Shown here: positions 20,923-30,255 of the stretch, piece by piece
How positions within the stretch are numbered: the first letter of the stretch is position 1
Layout of the letters: each line of letters starts with the position of its first letter
Assembly (NCBI GenBank): GCA_030447245.1
Contig: JAUJPG010000022.1
Coordinates: 21,885 to 85,884, forward strand
Source: Chloroflexota bacterium
GTDB taxonomy: Bacteria; Chloroflexota; UBA6077; JACCZL01
Direction of reading: 5' to 3'
Length of the DNA stretch: 64,000 bases
Translations under genes and position numbers: made by a program
Notes under the pieces: model-generated
What the model saw: the letters and a program-made list of their open reading frames with translations, nothing else
Told to the model about the DNA's origin: nothing
Databases searched by the model: none

Positions 20923-22130
20923 TCAGGCGCCGCCCGGCCCCTGGCGCGCCGCCTTGGCGAGTACCGGCGCGGCCTCGCGTGGCTCGCCTGGCGTGGCGAT
21001 TCGGTGGACGATCCGCTTCGCCCGGAGGGCCGCTTCGGCAGCCGCGAAGTAGTCGCGCACGTCCCCCTGGGTGGCGATCCAGCGAACGTACTGGCCAATG
21101 CCCTCGGCCAGCTCGACCCGCGGCTCGTAGCCGGCCGTCCGAGCCAGGCTAATATCCGAGGTCAGGTGGCGCATCTCGCCGGGCCGGAACTCCCCGCGCG
21201 CGAGCGGCTCGATCGGCGTCCCGAGCGCCGCGCCTACGAGCTGGCCGATCTCGCGCACGGTGGTCGCCCGGCCGCTCCCGACGTTGACCGGCTGGCCGTC
21301 GAGCACGTCGGTCGTGGCAGCCAGCAGGTTCGCCCGGGCGACGTCCTCGACGAAGCAGAGGTCGCGGGTCTGCGCGCCATCCTCGTAGAGGATCGGCGGC
21401 AAGCCGTTCAGCAGCCGCGTCGCGAAAATCGCGATCACGCCAGTGTACGGGTTGAAGATCGACTGGCGGGGGCCGTAGGTGCAAGAGTAGCGGAGCGCGA
21501 CGGTCGGGATACCGGTCTGGCGGCCCCAGGAGAGCGTCAGCCGCTCCTGGTCAACCTTCGTGAGCGCGTAGACCGTCTCGCCGCCGAGCGGAGCCTGCTC
21601 GGGCGTCGGCACCGACGTGGTGACCGCGTCGCAGCGCGGGCAGTGGACGGCGTAATCGCCGCGCTGGAGCTGGGCTAGTGGCCGCGCCGCCGGGAAGACC
21701 AGCCCGTGCGTCGGACAAGTTCCCGCACCCTCCTGGTAGACGGCCTGCGACGACGCCACGATGACCTTGCGGACCGGCAGGTTCTCGTCGCGGATGATCT
21801 CGAGGAGCTGGGCCGTCCCGAAGCTGTTGACGTGGACGTACTTGGCCATCTCCGGCATGTAGCCGCCGTAGGCCGCCTGGTGGAAGACCACGTCGATGTC
21901 GTCAAGGGCATCGCGCACGGCAGCCCCGTCTCGGATATCGGCCGTGCGAAACTCGGCGGCCTCGGGGATCCAGGCGGCCGCCCGAGCCCGTGGGTCTGTG
22001 GCTCCAGGTTGTCGAGAATCCGGACCGACCATCCGTCGCGGTTGATGAGGTCGGCAAGGTGCGAGGCGATCAGGTCGGCGCAGCCTGTGACGAGCGCGCG
22101 GCGATCGTGGCGAGGGGTGGTCGTGATCAT
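20923..22130 (-). CDS. NAD-dependent epimerase/dehydratase (SDR) with an apparent single frameshift near 21960
   Basis: N-terminus MITTTPRHDRRALVTGCADLIASHLADLINRDGWSVRILDNLEPQTHG (frame A) continues as ...AAAWIPEAAEFRTADIRDGAAVRDALDDIDVVFHQAAYGG...YALTKVDQERL... (frame B); either a real mutation or a sequencing indel. Confidence 0.6.
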
Positions 22131-22329
22131 GTCTGAGACATCCCAGGGTCAGTCGTGAGCGAGATGATTGCCTCGTGCAGAATCAGACGAAATGGTAGGT
22201 TAGGTCGTCCGAAGGGGCACGGCATGCCGTGCCCAACCTGCCGTGCCCCGACCAACGGGAACGCCGGGCATCCGGTCTGATTGTGCATGAGGTCGTAGGG
22301 TGAGGCGTGGGCCGGCAAGTCTATCGTCG

Positions 22330-23139
22330 TCACGATGTGATATCAGCGTACGACGTGGCTCGGTAGGTCCTTCGGGCAGGGACGGTCGACGCCCCGGTCG
22401 GCTCGGCCTGGCCGTTCGGGACGGGTCGGCCGAGCCGCTCGAGCGCGACGCGCGTAACGGGCAGGTCGTCGCGCCCGGCGACGAGCGCTGCCAACCGGTC
22501 GAGATCAGCGACTTCGTCTACGTCGAACGTTGGTGCGACGAACGCGATCGAAAGCCCGAGCCCTTCGGCGTGGGCGACGATCTCGGCCACGACGGTGCGG
22601 GTGCTCATCGCGACGCCATCGAGCACCCGCCAGGGTCCCCGCATGCCGACGAGATAGTAGCCCCCGTCCTCAACCAGGCCGAGCACCAGGTCGTGGCGTT
22701 CGAGCAGGGCGAACGCCTCGGCCACGATCTCCAACGTCAGGTGGGGAGTGTCCGACGCGACCAGGATCGTGCGCGTCTCGCCACGCGCGGCGGCTCCAAG
22801 GAAGAGTGCCTGCTGGCGCTCGCCCCAACTGCCCTCGCCCTGGATCAGCACCGGGCCGGCCGGCGCGAGCGAGCTGAGCAAGTACCCGGCCGACCGCTCA
22901 TCGTGTTGCCCGTTCGGCCGCTCTGATGGGCGGATCAGTGGGCCGATGTCGTCCCAGGCGTCCGCCGGCGTGATGTACCACCCGACGGCAAACGGCGCGG
23001 AAGCAAAGCGCGCCGCCAGGTCCCGCAGAAAGGCGATGTACAACTCGACGGCCCGCTCGTGGCCGATCGCGCGACCGAGGCGGGTCTTGGCGAAACCGGC
23101 CCGGGGCGCGCGGGCCGCGACGTAGAGGACCGCGCTCAT
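22330..23139 (-). CDS. DUF2064 / CofC-like nucleotidyltransferase-fold protein
   Basis: MSAVLYVAARAPRAGFAKTRLGRAIGHERAVELYIAFLRDL...LVGMRG matches DUF2064 (TIGR04282-like) blocks; its ATG overlaps the upstream GT2 stop (ATGA at 23136-23139). Confidence 0.7.
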   Translation of the reverse strand: MSAVLYVAARAPRAGFAKTRLGRAIGHERAVELYIAFLRDLAARFASAPFAVGWYITPADAWDDIGPLIRPSERPNGQHDERSAGYLLSSLAPAGPVLIQGEGSWGERQQALFLGAAARGETRTILVASDTPHLTLEIVAEAFALLERHDLVLGLVEDGGYYLVGMRGPWRVLDGVAMSTRTVVAEIVAHAEGLGLSIAFVAPTFDVDEVADLDRLAALVAGRDDLPVTRVALERLGRPVPNGQAEPTGASTVPARRTYRATSYADITS

Positions 23140-23897
23140 CGCGGGCCGCCCGGCGCGCGGGGCGCGGCGCTGGCGGCTGGGGACCAGTGCCAGTAGCGGA
23201 ACGTCGTTGCCAGGATGCTCCAGCCGGCTCGGACGCTCCCGCTGACCGTTCCTGCGACCTTCGAGATGCCGATCCGCGCGTGGTAGGTCACCGGAACCTC
23301 CTGGTAGCGGAGGCCGGCTCGCGCCGTCTTGACCATCATCTCGACCGACCAGCCGTAGGTCATCTCGCGCATGTTCAACGCGAGCAGGTCCGCGCGGCGG
23401 ATTGCTCGAAACGGGCCGAGGTCGGTGACCGCGACGCCGTAGAGGGCGCGCATGATCGTGGCGGCGAGCCGGTTGCCGAACACCTGATGCGGGCTCATCG
23501 AGCCGGGATCGCGCGCCCCGAGCGCACGCGAGCCAACCACCAGATCGGCCCGGCCAGCGAGCAGCGGCGCGAGGACGCGCGGCAGATCGTCCGGGTCGTC
23601 GGCGGCATCGCCGTCGAGCAGGACGATCACCTCGGCGTCGCTGGCAGCAAGCACGCCGGCCCGACAGGCGTAGCCGTACCCGCGTCGTGGCTCGACGACG
23701 ACGGTCGCGCCGGCCTCGCGCGCGATGGCCGCGGTGTCGTCGCTCGACCCGTTGTCGACGACGACGATGCTCGCGAGGGGAACGGCGGTCTGGCGACGAA
23801 GCCCGCGCACGACCTGACCGATCGACGGCGCCTCGTTGAGCGCCGGAATGACCGCCGCAATGCATGGCCCGCCCGCCTGCTCCCTGGCCGACACCAT
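23136..23897 (-). CDS. glycosyltransferase family 2 (partner of DUF2064)
   Basis: CIAAVIPALNEAPSIGQVVRGLRRQ...SIVVVDNGSSDDTAAIA...VLLDGDAADDP has the GT-A fold motifs (DxD-like DGD). Confidence 0.7.
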   Translation of the reverse strand: MVSAREQAGGPCIAAVIPALNEAPSIGQVVRGLRRQTAVPLASIVVVDNGSSDDTAAIAREAGATVVVEPRRGYGYACRAGVLAASDAEVIVLLDGDAADDPDDLPRVLAPLLAGRADLVVGSRALGARDPGSMSPHQVFGNRLAATIMRALYGVAVTDLGPFRAIRRADLLALNMREMTYGWSVEMMVKTARAGLRYQEVPVTYHARIGISKVAGTVSGSVRAGWSILATTFRYWHWSPAASAAPRAPGGPR

Positions 23898-24161
23898 CGC
23901 CTCGGGGCCTCTGGCACGCTCGTCAATCCTCAAGTCACCTCCAGCGCCCGTTCACCGCGGTGCCGCGATCGGGGACTGGCAAACCGCGTCATTGGTCGTG
24001 CCCTGGCCTCGCTCTGCCCGAACCCGCTCTGATGGTAGCAGTCAGTTCTTGCGAAATCCTTACTGACACCGTTGCAATCTCAAGAGTCCGGCTGATGGCC
24101 ACTTCACGTAGCAGTCCTTTCGTCGTCGACCCATCGCCAGCCTCTTCGAAGACGGTCTATC

Positions 24162-24205
24162 GCGCGTTGACCATAACAGTCAACGCGCGTTGACCATAAT
24201 GGCTA
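24162..24205. promoter_or_regulatory. candidate operator upstream of the FAH gene: direct repeat CGCGCGTTGACCATAA x2 spanning a perfect palindrome TCAACGCGCGTTGA
   Basis: cgcgcgttgaccataacagtcaacgcgcgttgaccataatgg lies about 90 bp upstream of the FAH start codon, in an intergenic region between divergently transcribed genes. Confidence 0.4.
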
Positions 24206-24295
24206 CCATCACGGCAAGTGACCCGCAAGCTGATAGGCATGGTCTCGGCAGCACGGCCCAGGCAGATGACGGGCGATGTCTCCCAGGAGGTTCCG

Positions 24296-25192
24296 ATGCG
24301 CTTAGTGACCTTCCTCGCCTCCGACCAGCCTCGTCTCGGCGCATTGCTCGACGACTCCGTGCTCGACTTGAACCGCGCGGACGCCACGCTTCCGACCGAT
24401 GCTCTGGCGCTGCTCCAGGGCGGTCCATCTCTACTGGACCGGGCGCGGCGTGCCCTGGGGAGCGCGATCTCAAAGCGCAGCGCCGTGGTGCCGCTGGCCG
24501 AGGTGAAACTGCTCGCACCGATTCCGCGACCACCCAAGATCATCTGCATCGGCTTGAACTACGCCGACCACGCGGAGGAGGCGGGGCTGGCGATCCCCGC
24601 TCGGCCGAGCGTGTTCCTGAAGGCTCCTTCCACAGTGATTGGTCCGGGCGAGCCGATTGTCCGCCCGACGACCACCGAGCAGCTCGACTACGAGATCGAG
24701 CTCGCGGTCGTGATCGGACAGCAGGCGAAGGCGGTGGCACGCGAGCGCGCGATGGACTGCGTGGCCGGGTACACGATCCTGCATGACGTGAGCGCCCGTG
24801 ATCTCCAATTCGCGAAGGATGGCGGCATCATCCTGGGCAAGAACTTCGACACGGCATCTCCCATCGGACCGTACCTCGTGCTGACTGACGAGCTGCGCGA
24901 TCCGACCACTCTGGGCCTCAGAACCTGGGTCAACGGGCAGCTTCGCCAGGATGGGAACACGCGCAATCTCATCTTTGACATTCCGGGCATCATCAGCTTC
25001 CTGAGCCAGCAGCTCACGCTCGAGCCCGGCGACGTGATCGCAACCGGCACGCCCGCGGGTGTTGGTTTGGGGATTATGCCGCAATCGTGGCTGCAGCCCG
25101 GGGACAGCGTGCGGATGGAGATCGACGGGCTGGGGGTGCTGGAGAACCCGGTGGTCGGCAGCTCATCCGTAAGAGCCGCGAGCGCGGGGTAA
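24296..25192 (+). CDS. fumarylacetoacetate hydrolase (FAH) family protein
   Basis: KIICIGLNYADHAEEAG...YEIELAVVIGQQAK...GYTILHDVSARDLQF...GKNFDTASPIGP...GDVIATGTP matches conserved FAH-family blocks; start taken at MRLVTF. Confidence 0.8.
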   Translation: MRLVTFLASDQPRLGALLDDSVLDLNRADATLPTDALALLQGGPSLLDRARRALGSAISKRSAVVPLAEVKLLAPIPRPPKIICIGLNYADHAEEAGLAIPARPSVFLKAPSTVIGPGEPIVRPTTTEQLDYEIELAVVIGQQAKAVARERAMDCVAGYTILHDVSARDLQFAKDGGIILGKNFDTASPIGPYLVLTDELRDPTTLGLRTWVNGQLRQDGNTRNLIFDIPGIISFLSQQLTLEPGDVIATGTPAGVGLGIMPQSWLQPGDSVRMEIDGLGVLENPVVGSSSVRAASAG

Positions 25193-25235
25193 CGGGGGAC
25201 GCTCGGGTTGCTGTCGTCCGGGCATGGCGCTCGGC

Positions 25236-26887
25236 TTAGGATCCCGCGCGGTGCTGGCGGTAGCGGCGGATCAGCATGTTGGTGGAGCTGTCGTGGGCGA
25301 GCGGCGGGTCGGCTGCGGCCTGGAGCTCCGGGGTGATCTCGAGGGCGAGCGCCTTGCCGAGCTCGACGCCCCATTGATCGAAGGCGTTGATCTGCCAGAT
25401 GGCGGCCTGGACGAACACCTTGTGCTCGTACAGGGCGACGAGCTTGCCGAGCGTCTCCGGGGTCATGCGCTCGGCGAGCAGCGTGTTGGTGGGACGGTTG
25501 CCGTCGAAGGCACGGTGGGGGATCAGCGGATCTGAGACGCCTTCGGCCGCGAGCTCCTGGGCGGTCTTGCCGAAGGCGAGCGCCTCGGTCTGGGCGAAGA
25601 GGTTCGCCATCAAGAGGTCGTGGTGGGGCGCGAGGGGATTGAGCGACTGGCAGAAGCCGATGAAGTCGCAGGGGACCAGGCGGGTGCCCTGGTGGATGAG
25701 CTGGTAGAAGGCGTGCTGGCCGTTGGTCCCGGGCTGACCCCAGACGATCGGGCCGGTGTCGTAGCTGACCGCGCGGCCCTGGAGGTTGACGTGCTTGCCG
25801 TTGCTCTCCATGTCGAGCTGCTGGAGGTAGGCCGGCAGGCGGCCGAGGTACTGGTCGTAGGGCAGGACGGCAACGGTCTCGGCGCCGAAGAAGTTCGTGT
25901 ACCAGAGGCCGATCAGGCCGAGGAGGACCGGCAGGTTACGGGCGAACGGGGTCGTTCGGAAATGCGCGTCCATGGCGTGGAAGCCGGCGAGCATCTGGCG
26001 GAAGTGATCGGGCCCAATGGCCAGCATGAGTGACATGCCGATCGCCGAGGGCAGCGAGTAGCGGCCGCCAACCCAGTCCCAGAAGGGAAACATGTTGGCC
26101 GGATCGATGCCGAACCGCGCGACGTCCGCCGCGTTGGTCGAGACGGCGACGAAGTGCCTGGCGACGGCCTGCTCGTCGCCCAGGGCACGGAGGCACCAGT
26201 CGCGGGCGGTGCGCGCATTGGTGAGGGTTTCGAGGGTGGTAAACGTCTTCGACGAGACGACGAAGAGCGTCTCGGCAGGGTCGAGGTCGCGGGTGGCTTC
26301 AGCAAAGTCGGTCCCGTCGACGTTGGAGACGAAGCGGAAGGTCAGATCGCGGTCGCTGTACCCTCGCAGCGCCTCGTAAGCCATCGCCGGGCCGAGGTCC
26401 GAGCCGCCTATACCGATGTTGACCACGTTGCGGATGCGCCGGCCGGTCTGGCCGCGCCAGGCCCCGCTCCGAACGCGGTTGGTGAAGTCGGCCATGCGAT
26501 CCAGGACCGCGTGGACGAGCGGGACAACGTCCTGGCCGTCTACGACGATTGACTGGCCGCGGGGTGCGCGGAGGGCGACGTGAAGAACGGCGCGGCCCTC
26601 GGTCAGGTTGATCGGCTCGCCGCGGAACATGGCGTCGACGCGGGCGCGGAGGCCCGATTCTTCGGCGAGCTGGAGGAGCAGCCCGATCGTCGCATCGGTC
26701 AGACGGTTCTTGGAATAGTCGAGATAGAGGCCAATTGCCTCGAGTGCCAGGCGCTCACCCCGTTCGGGATCCTGGGCGAAGAGCGTCCGCAGATGGACAG
26801 ACCGGATCTCGCGGTGGTGCGCCTGGAGGGCGGTCCAGGCGGGGCGTTCGGTGAGCGGGATCGGCGGGTTGGGCATCTGGGCGGCCA
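25236..26887 (-). CDS. pgi: glucose-6-phosphate isomerase
   Basis: About 550 aa with PGI signatures ([61 protein letters not shown]); the ORF-track N-terminal extension to 27644 is spurious. Confidence 0.9.
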
Positions 26888-27021
26888 TGCTGGTGTCCTC
26901 CTGTAGAACGGGGCACTGGGTGATGCTGCCACACTCGGGCGGCACGCGGCGTCCAGGGCTCCGGGGGCGGCGCGGCGATCGACCGGGAGAATGTGAAGGC
27001 GCCACCCGCGCCCTGTAGTTA

Positions 27022-28085
27022 GCCAGCAAGAATGTCCGCTTGGTGCGCCAGCAAGAATGTCCGCCCGTGCACCGATGGTTCTCGGTGTCTTGCGCGCCGA
27101 TCTGTCGCGCCAGGTCCGTCGATTGGTGCGCGGCTGGAGGGTCGGCGGGGAGGCGGGGGCGTTGGGCTATCAGCGCGTCGGCGCCGAATCGGACCGGAGG
27201 TGCGGGCGGCGGCGCGGGCGGGGCGCACCCGCGCTGGAGCGCGCAAGCGATCTGGGAAGAGCTGGAGGCGGTTGCGCTGGTCGCGAGCGCTGGGCCCGTG
27301 GCAGGCGGCCCCGGGGACGCCCCGGTCGCGGCGGCGCGGCGGTTGCCGCGGGGACGATGGCTGCCCCCAGTGGCTCGCAGGCCGTCGGATGGCCTACGTG
27401 ATCGTGCTGCTGGACGACTACTCGCGGGCGATCCTGGCCGCCCCGGGCGATCACGGCCGACTCGAGCTGGCAGAACCTGCGGGTGCTGGAGCAAGGCGTG
27501 GGGCGGTACGGGCCGCCGCGGGTGCTGTACAGCGACAATATCTTCCGGCGCTCGATCTTCGTCTATCGTGCCGATGGCGGCACGAACTGGCGCGCGCGCT
27601 CGGCGAGGCGGTTTCGCCACACCCCGGCAACGCCCGCGCCGCAAGCTGGGCCTGGGCTTCTTCCAAGAGCGTGCTCGCCGACGGGCCTACCCGGGTGGCG
27701 CTCAACGCCCTGATGCCTGGCCATCGCCCGCCATCGACGGACGGCTGCGTCGGCGGCACGCCCTCATGCTCTGCCACGTCGGCGACGTGTGCGCCCTGTC
27801 GCAAGGTCGCCGACCACACCATCTCGCTCGACGGCGAATCGATCGCCCGCGGCCAAGCCTGGTCGCCTCGGGACGGTTGGGCCGCCTGGGACCGTCGCCG
27901 AGGCAACAACGCGCGCGCCGCAGCGTCCGACCTGCTGGCATCCTGCCCCAGCTGGAGCCCAAGCACCGTGCCGCGGGCGGGCGAGCGGGCTCGCGGCCGC
28001 CGCCCAGGTGGGCCCGTCCAGCGACGCCCGACGTAAGGCTGCCCCTCGACATTCTACCTGGCGTAAGAATGCGGACATTCCTGGT
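27022..28085 (+). mobile_element. degenerate IS (integrase-core type) remnant, copy A, bounded by inverted subterminal repeats AAGAATGTCCGC / GCGGACATTC
   Basis: Two direct copies of GCCAGCAAGAATGTCCGC at 27022-27064 are mirrored by inverted copies at 28047-28085. Inside are rve-domain fragments ([27 protein letters not shown], then frame-shifted [13 protein letters not shown]); no intact ORF. Confidence 0.45.
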
Positions 28086-28124
28086 ACTACAGCGCCCTTG
28101 ACACAGAACGCCCTGGATGGGTAC

Positions 28125-28620
28125 GGAGGACGACGTGCACCATTTCTCTGTCTTGCGCGCCGATCTGTCGGCGCTCGATTCTGTCGACCGAGCTGGGCGG
28201 CTGGGGGCGGCGGTTGCGCTGGTCGCGAGCGTGCTTCCGCGGCGACCTGCCCCCACGATCTGGCTGCGTCGATCGATGCCCACCCGGGCGGAAGGCGGCG
28301 ATCATTCAGGGCTACAACGGCGGCACCCACGGGGGAGCAGCCAATACGGGTGATCTTGTCCTTGCCGATGGCGGCACGAGCGGCGGCACGCAGGTGGTTT
28401 CGCCAATCGAAGGCTCGGGCCTGGGCATGCCGGGGTGGGCAACGGATGCCTGGCCATCGCCTTCCGCGACGGCTACAGCCTCATGCTCTGCCACGTGGTT
28501 CTGTCGCGTGCGTATCGCGCGCGGATCGCCCGCGGAGTCGCTCGGGACGGTTGGGCCGCCTGGGACCGTAGGCAACAACGGCGCAGTGGAACTGCGTTCC
28601 GTTCAGCGCGCCCGACGGGC
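28125..28620 (+). repeat. partial diverged tandem duplicate (copy B) of the IS remnant
   Basis: Shares blocks with 27070-27930 in the same order (TGTCTTGCGCGCCGATCTGTCG; GGTTGCGCTGGTCGCGAGCG; CCTCATGCTCTGCCACGT; CGGGACGGTTGGGCCGCCTGGGACCGT). Confidence 0.4.
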
Positions 28621-29265
28621 TGCCCTCGAGGGCGTGTCCCTGGCCGCCTCGGGAGGGTACAGCGAGCACAGCGGCGGGAGCCGATTCTGTCGACGACGGG
28701 CGGGGCGGCGGGGCGGTACTCTCCGCGAGCACCCTGGGCCGGCACGCCCGGTGGAGATCGGGTCAGTGGCGTCCGCGGCGCCCGCGGCGCTAGGCGGCGG
28801 TCGTCCGAGGAACCGAGTCGTGCCTGAACGTGCGCAAGGAGCCGTCGACCCGGGCTTCGCTCCTTGGTTGTCTCCCGGAAGGTACGGCGGGCGCCATGGC
28901 CGTGGGGCCCAAGCGCGGCGCGGGGTTCGCCTGGTACGGGTTCGCGCGGGCCCAGTGGGGGGCGGCGGGCGGGGGGGTGGGGGGGGAGTCCCTGCGGCCC
29001 GGGCCCCCGCGGGCGCGCCCGCGGCAGGCTGGAGTAATGAGCGGGGAGATGCTGGCCGCGGAGGTTGGGCCCGCGGGGGCGCCGGCGGCCGACGTGCTGG
29101 GACGCGACGGCCAGGGATCCGGCGACGGACGCTGCTGGGTGGGCCGCGCCACGAGGTGCAACTGACCGCCGCCAAGGACGTGCGTGCCCGGCGTTTCTTA
29201 CTCCCTGGCGAGGTTCTGAGAGCGGCTCAGTTGAGGTGGATCTGGCTGGCCGGGGCTCGCGGGCG

Positions 29266-30009
29266 GTGATCGAGCGGGAGCGGCGGGGGCAGGTTGCCCT
29301 GGTGCGGCTGGCCGTGCCGCCGTTGAATCTGCTGGGCTCCGGGATGGTGGCGGCGCTGGCCGAGGCGTTCCGGGAGCAGGCCAGGGAGCGGCCGAGCGTG
29401 GTGGTGCTGTTCTGCGCTGGGGCGGGGGCCGACGTGCGGGAGATGGCGGGGTTCGACGCGGCGAGCGCGCGGGCGTTCATCACCGCGCTGCACCGGGCGT
29501 GCGCGCTGATCCGCGAGCTGGACGCGCCGGTCATCGCCGCCATCGACGGGCCATGTCTCGGGGCGCACCTGGAGGTGGCCGCGGCGTGCGACCTGCGCGT
29601 GGCTACGACCCGCTCGCGGCTCGGCATGCCCGAGGTGAGGATCGGCATCCCGAGCGTGATCGACGCGTACTGGCTGACGCTGGTGTGCGGGCTGGGCAAC
29701 GCGAGCGCACTCGTCTTCGAGGGTGAGCCGATCTCGGCGGCCGAGGCGTTGCGGATCGGGCTCGTCAACCGGGTTGCGCCGAACGGGACGCTGGAGGGCG
29801 CGGCGCTGGGCTGGGCCGAGACCATCGCGCGGGCGTCGCCGGTGGCGCTCGCGCAGCAGAAGCGGGTGCTGCGCGACTGGACCGACGCGGCGTATCGCGA
29901 GGCAGCGCGGGCGAGCATCGAACGGTTCGTCGAGACGGTCGAGGCCGGCGAATTTCGCGAGTCGATGTCGGCGATGCTGGAGAAGCGCGCACCGCGCTTG
30001 GACAGGTAG
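29266..30009 (+). CDS. enoyl-CoA hydratase/isomerase family protein
   Basis: GQVALVRLAVPPLNLL...FCAGAGADVREMAGF...LDAPVIAAIDGPCLGAHLEVAAACDLRVAT...IGLVNRVAP matches crotonase-fold motifs; GTG start at 29266. Confidence 0.7.
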   Translation: MIERERRGQVALVRLAVPPLNLLGSGMVAALAEAFREQARERPSVVVLFCAGAGADVREMAGFDAASARAFITALHRACALIRELDAPVIAAIDGPCLGAHLEVAAACDLRVATTRSRLGMPEVRIGIPSVIDAYWLTLVCGLGNASALVFEGEPISAAEALRIGLVNRVAPNGTLEGAALGWAETIARASPVALAQQKRVLRDWTDAAYREAARASIERFVETVEAGEFRESMSAMLEKRAPRLDR

Positions 30010-30255
30010 CTCGCGTCGTCACTTACCTGCCGCCGCGGATCGGGCAGCGGGACGTGGAGAACCTCGTACTCGGCGGACAAGAGCGCGGGGCCACACCCCT
30101 CAGCACCAATCCGAGCGTAGAATCCGCACCTCGGGGCTAGTATGATTGACCAGCTCCGTTGGGTGGAGGTGCCGAGCGGCCCCAGGTGTTTGCTGGTTCA
30201 ACTCTCCGACGAGATCCCGGAGCTCCCCGTCAACGGAAGCGAGGCACTGGATTCG

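Noticed and set aside
26888-27644. N-terminal 250-codon extension of the pgi ORF (802 aa in the ORF track)
   Set aside because: PGI homology starts at [10 protein letters not shown] (26887). The upstream extension is Arg/Pro-rich with no similarity and overlaps the IS remnant
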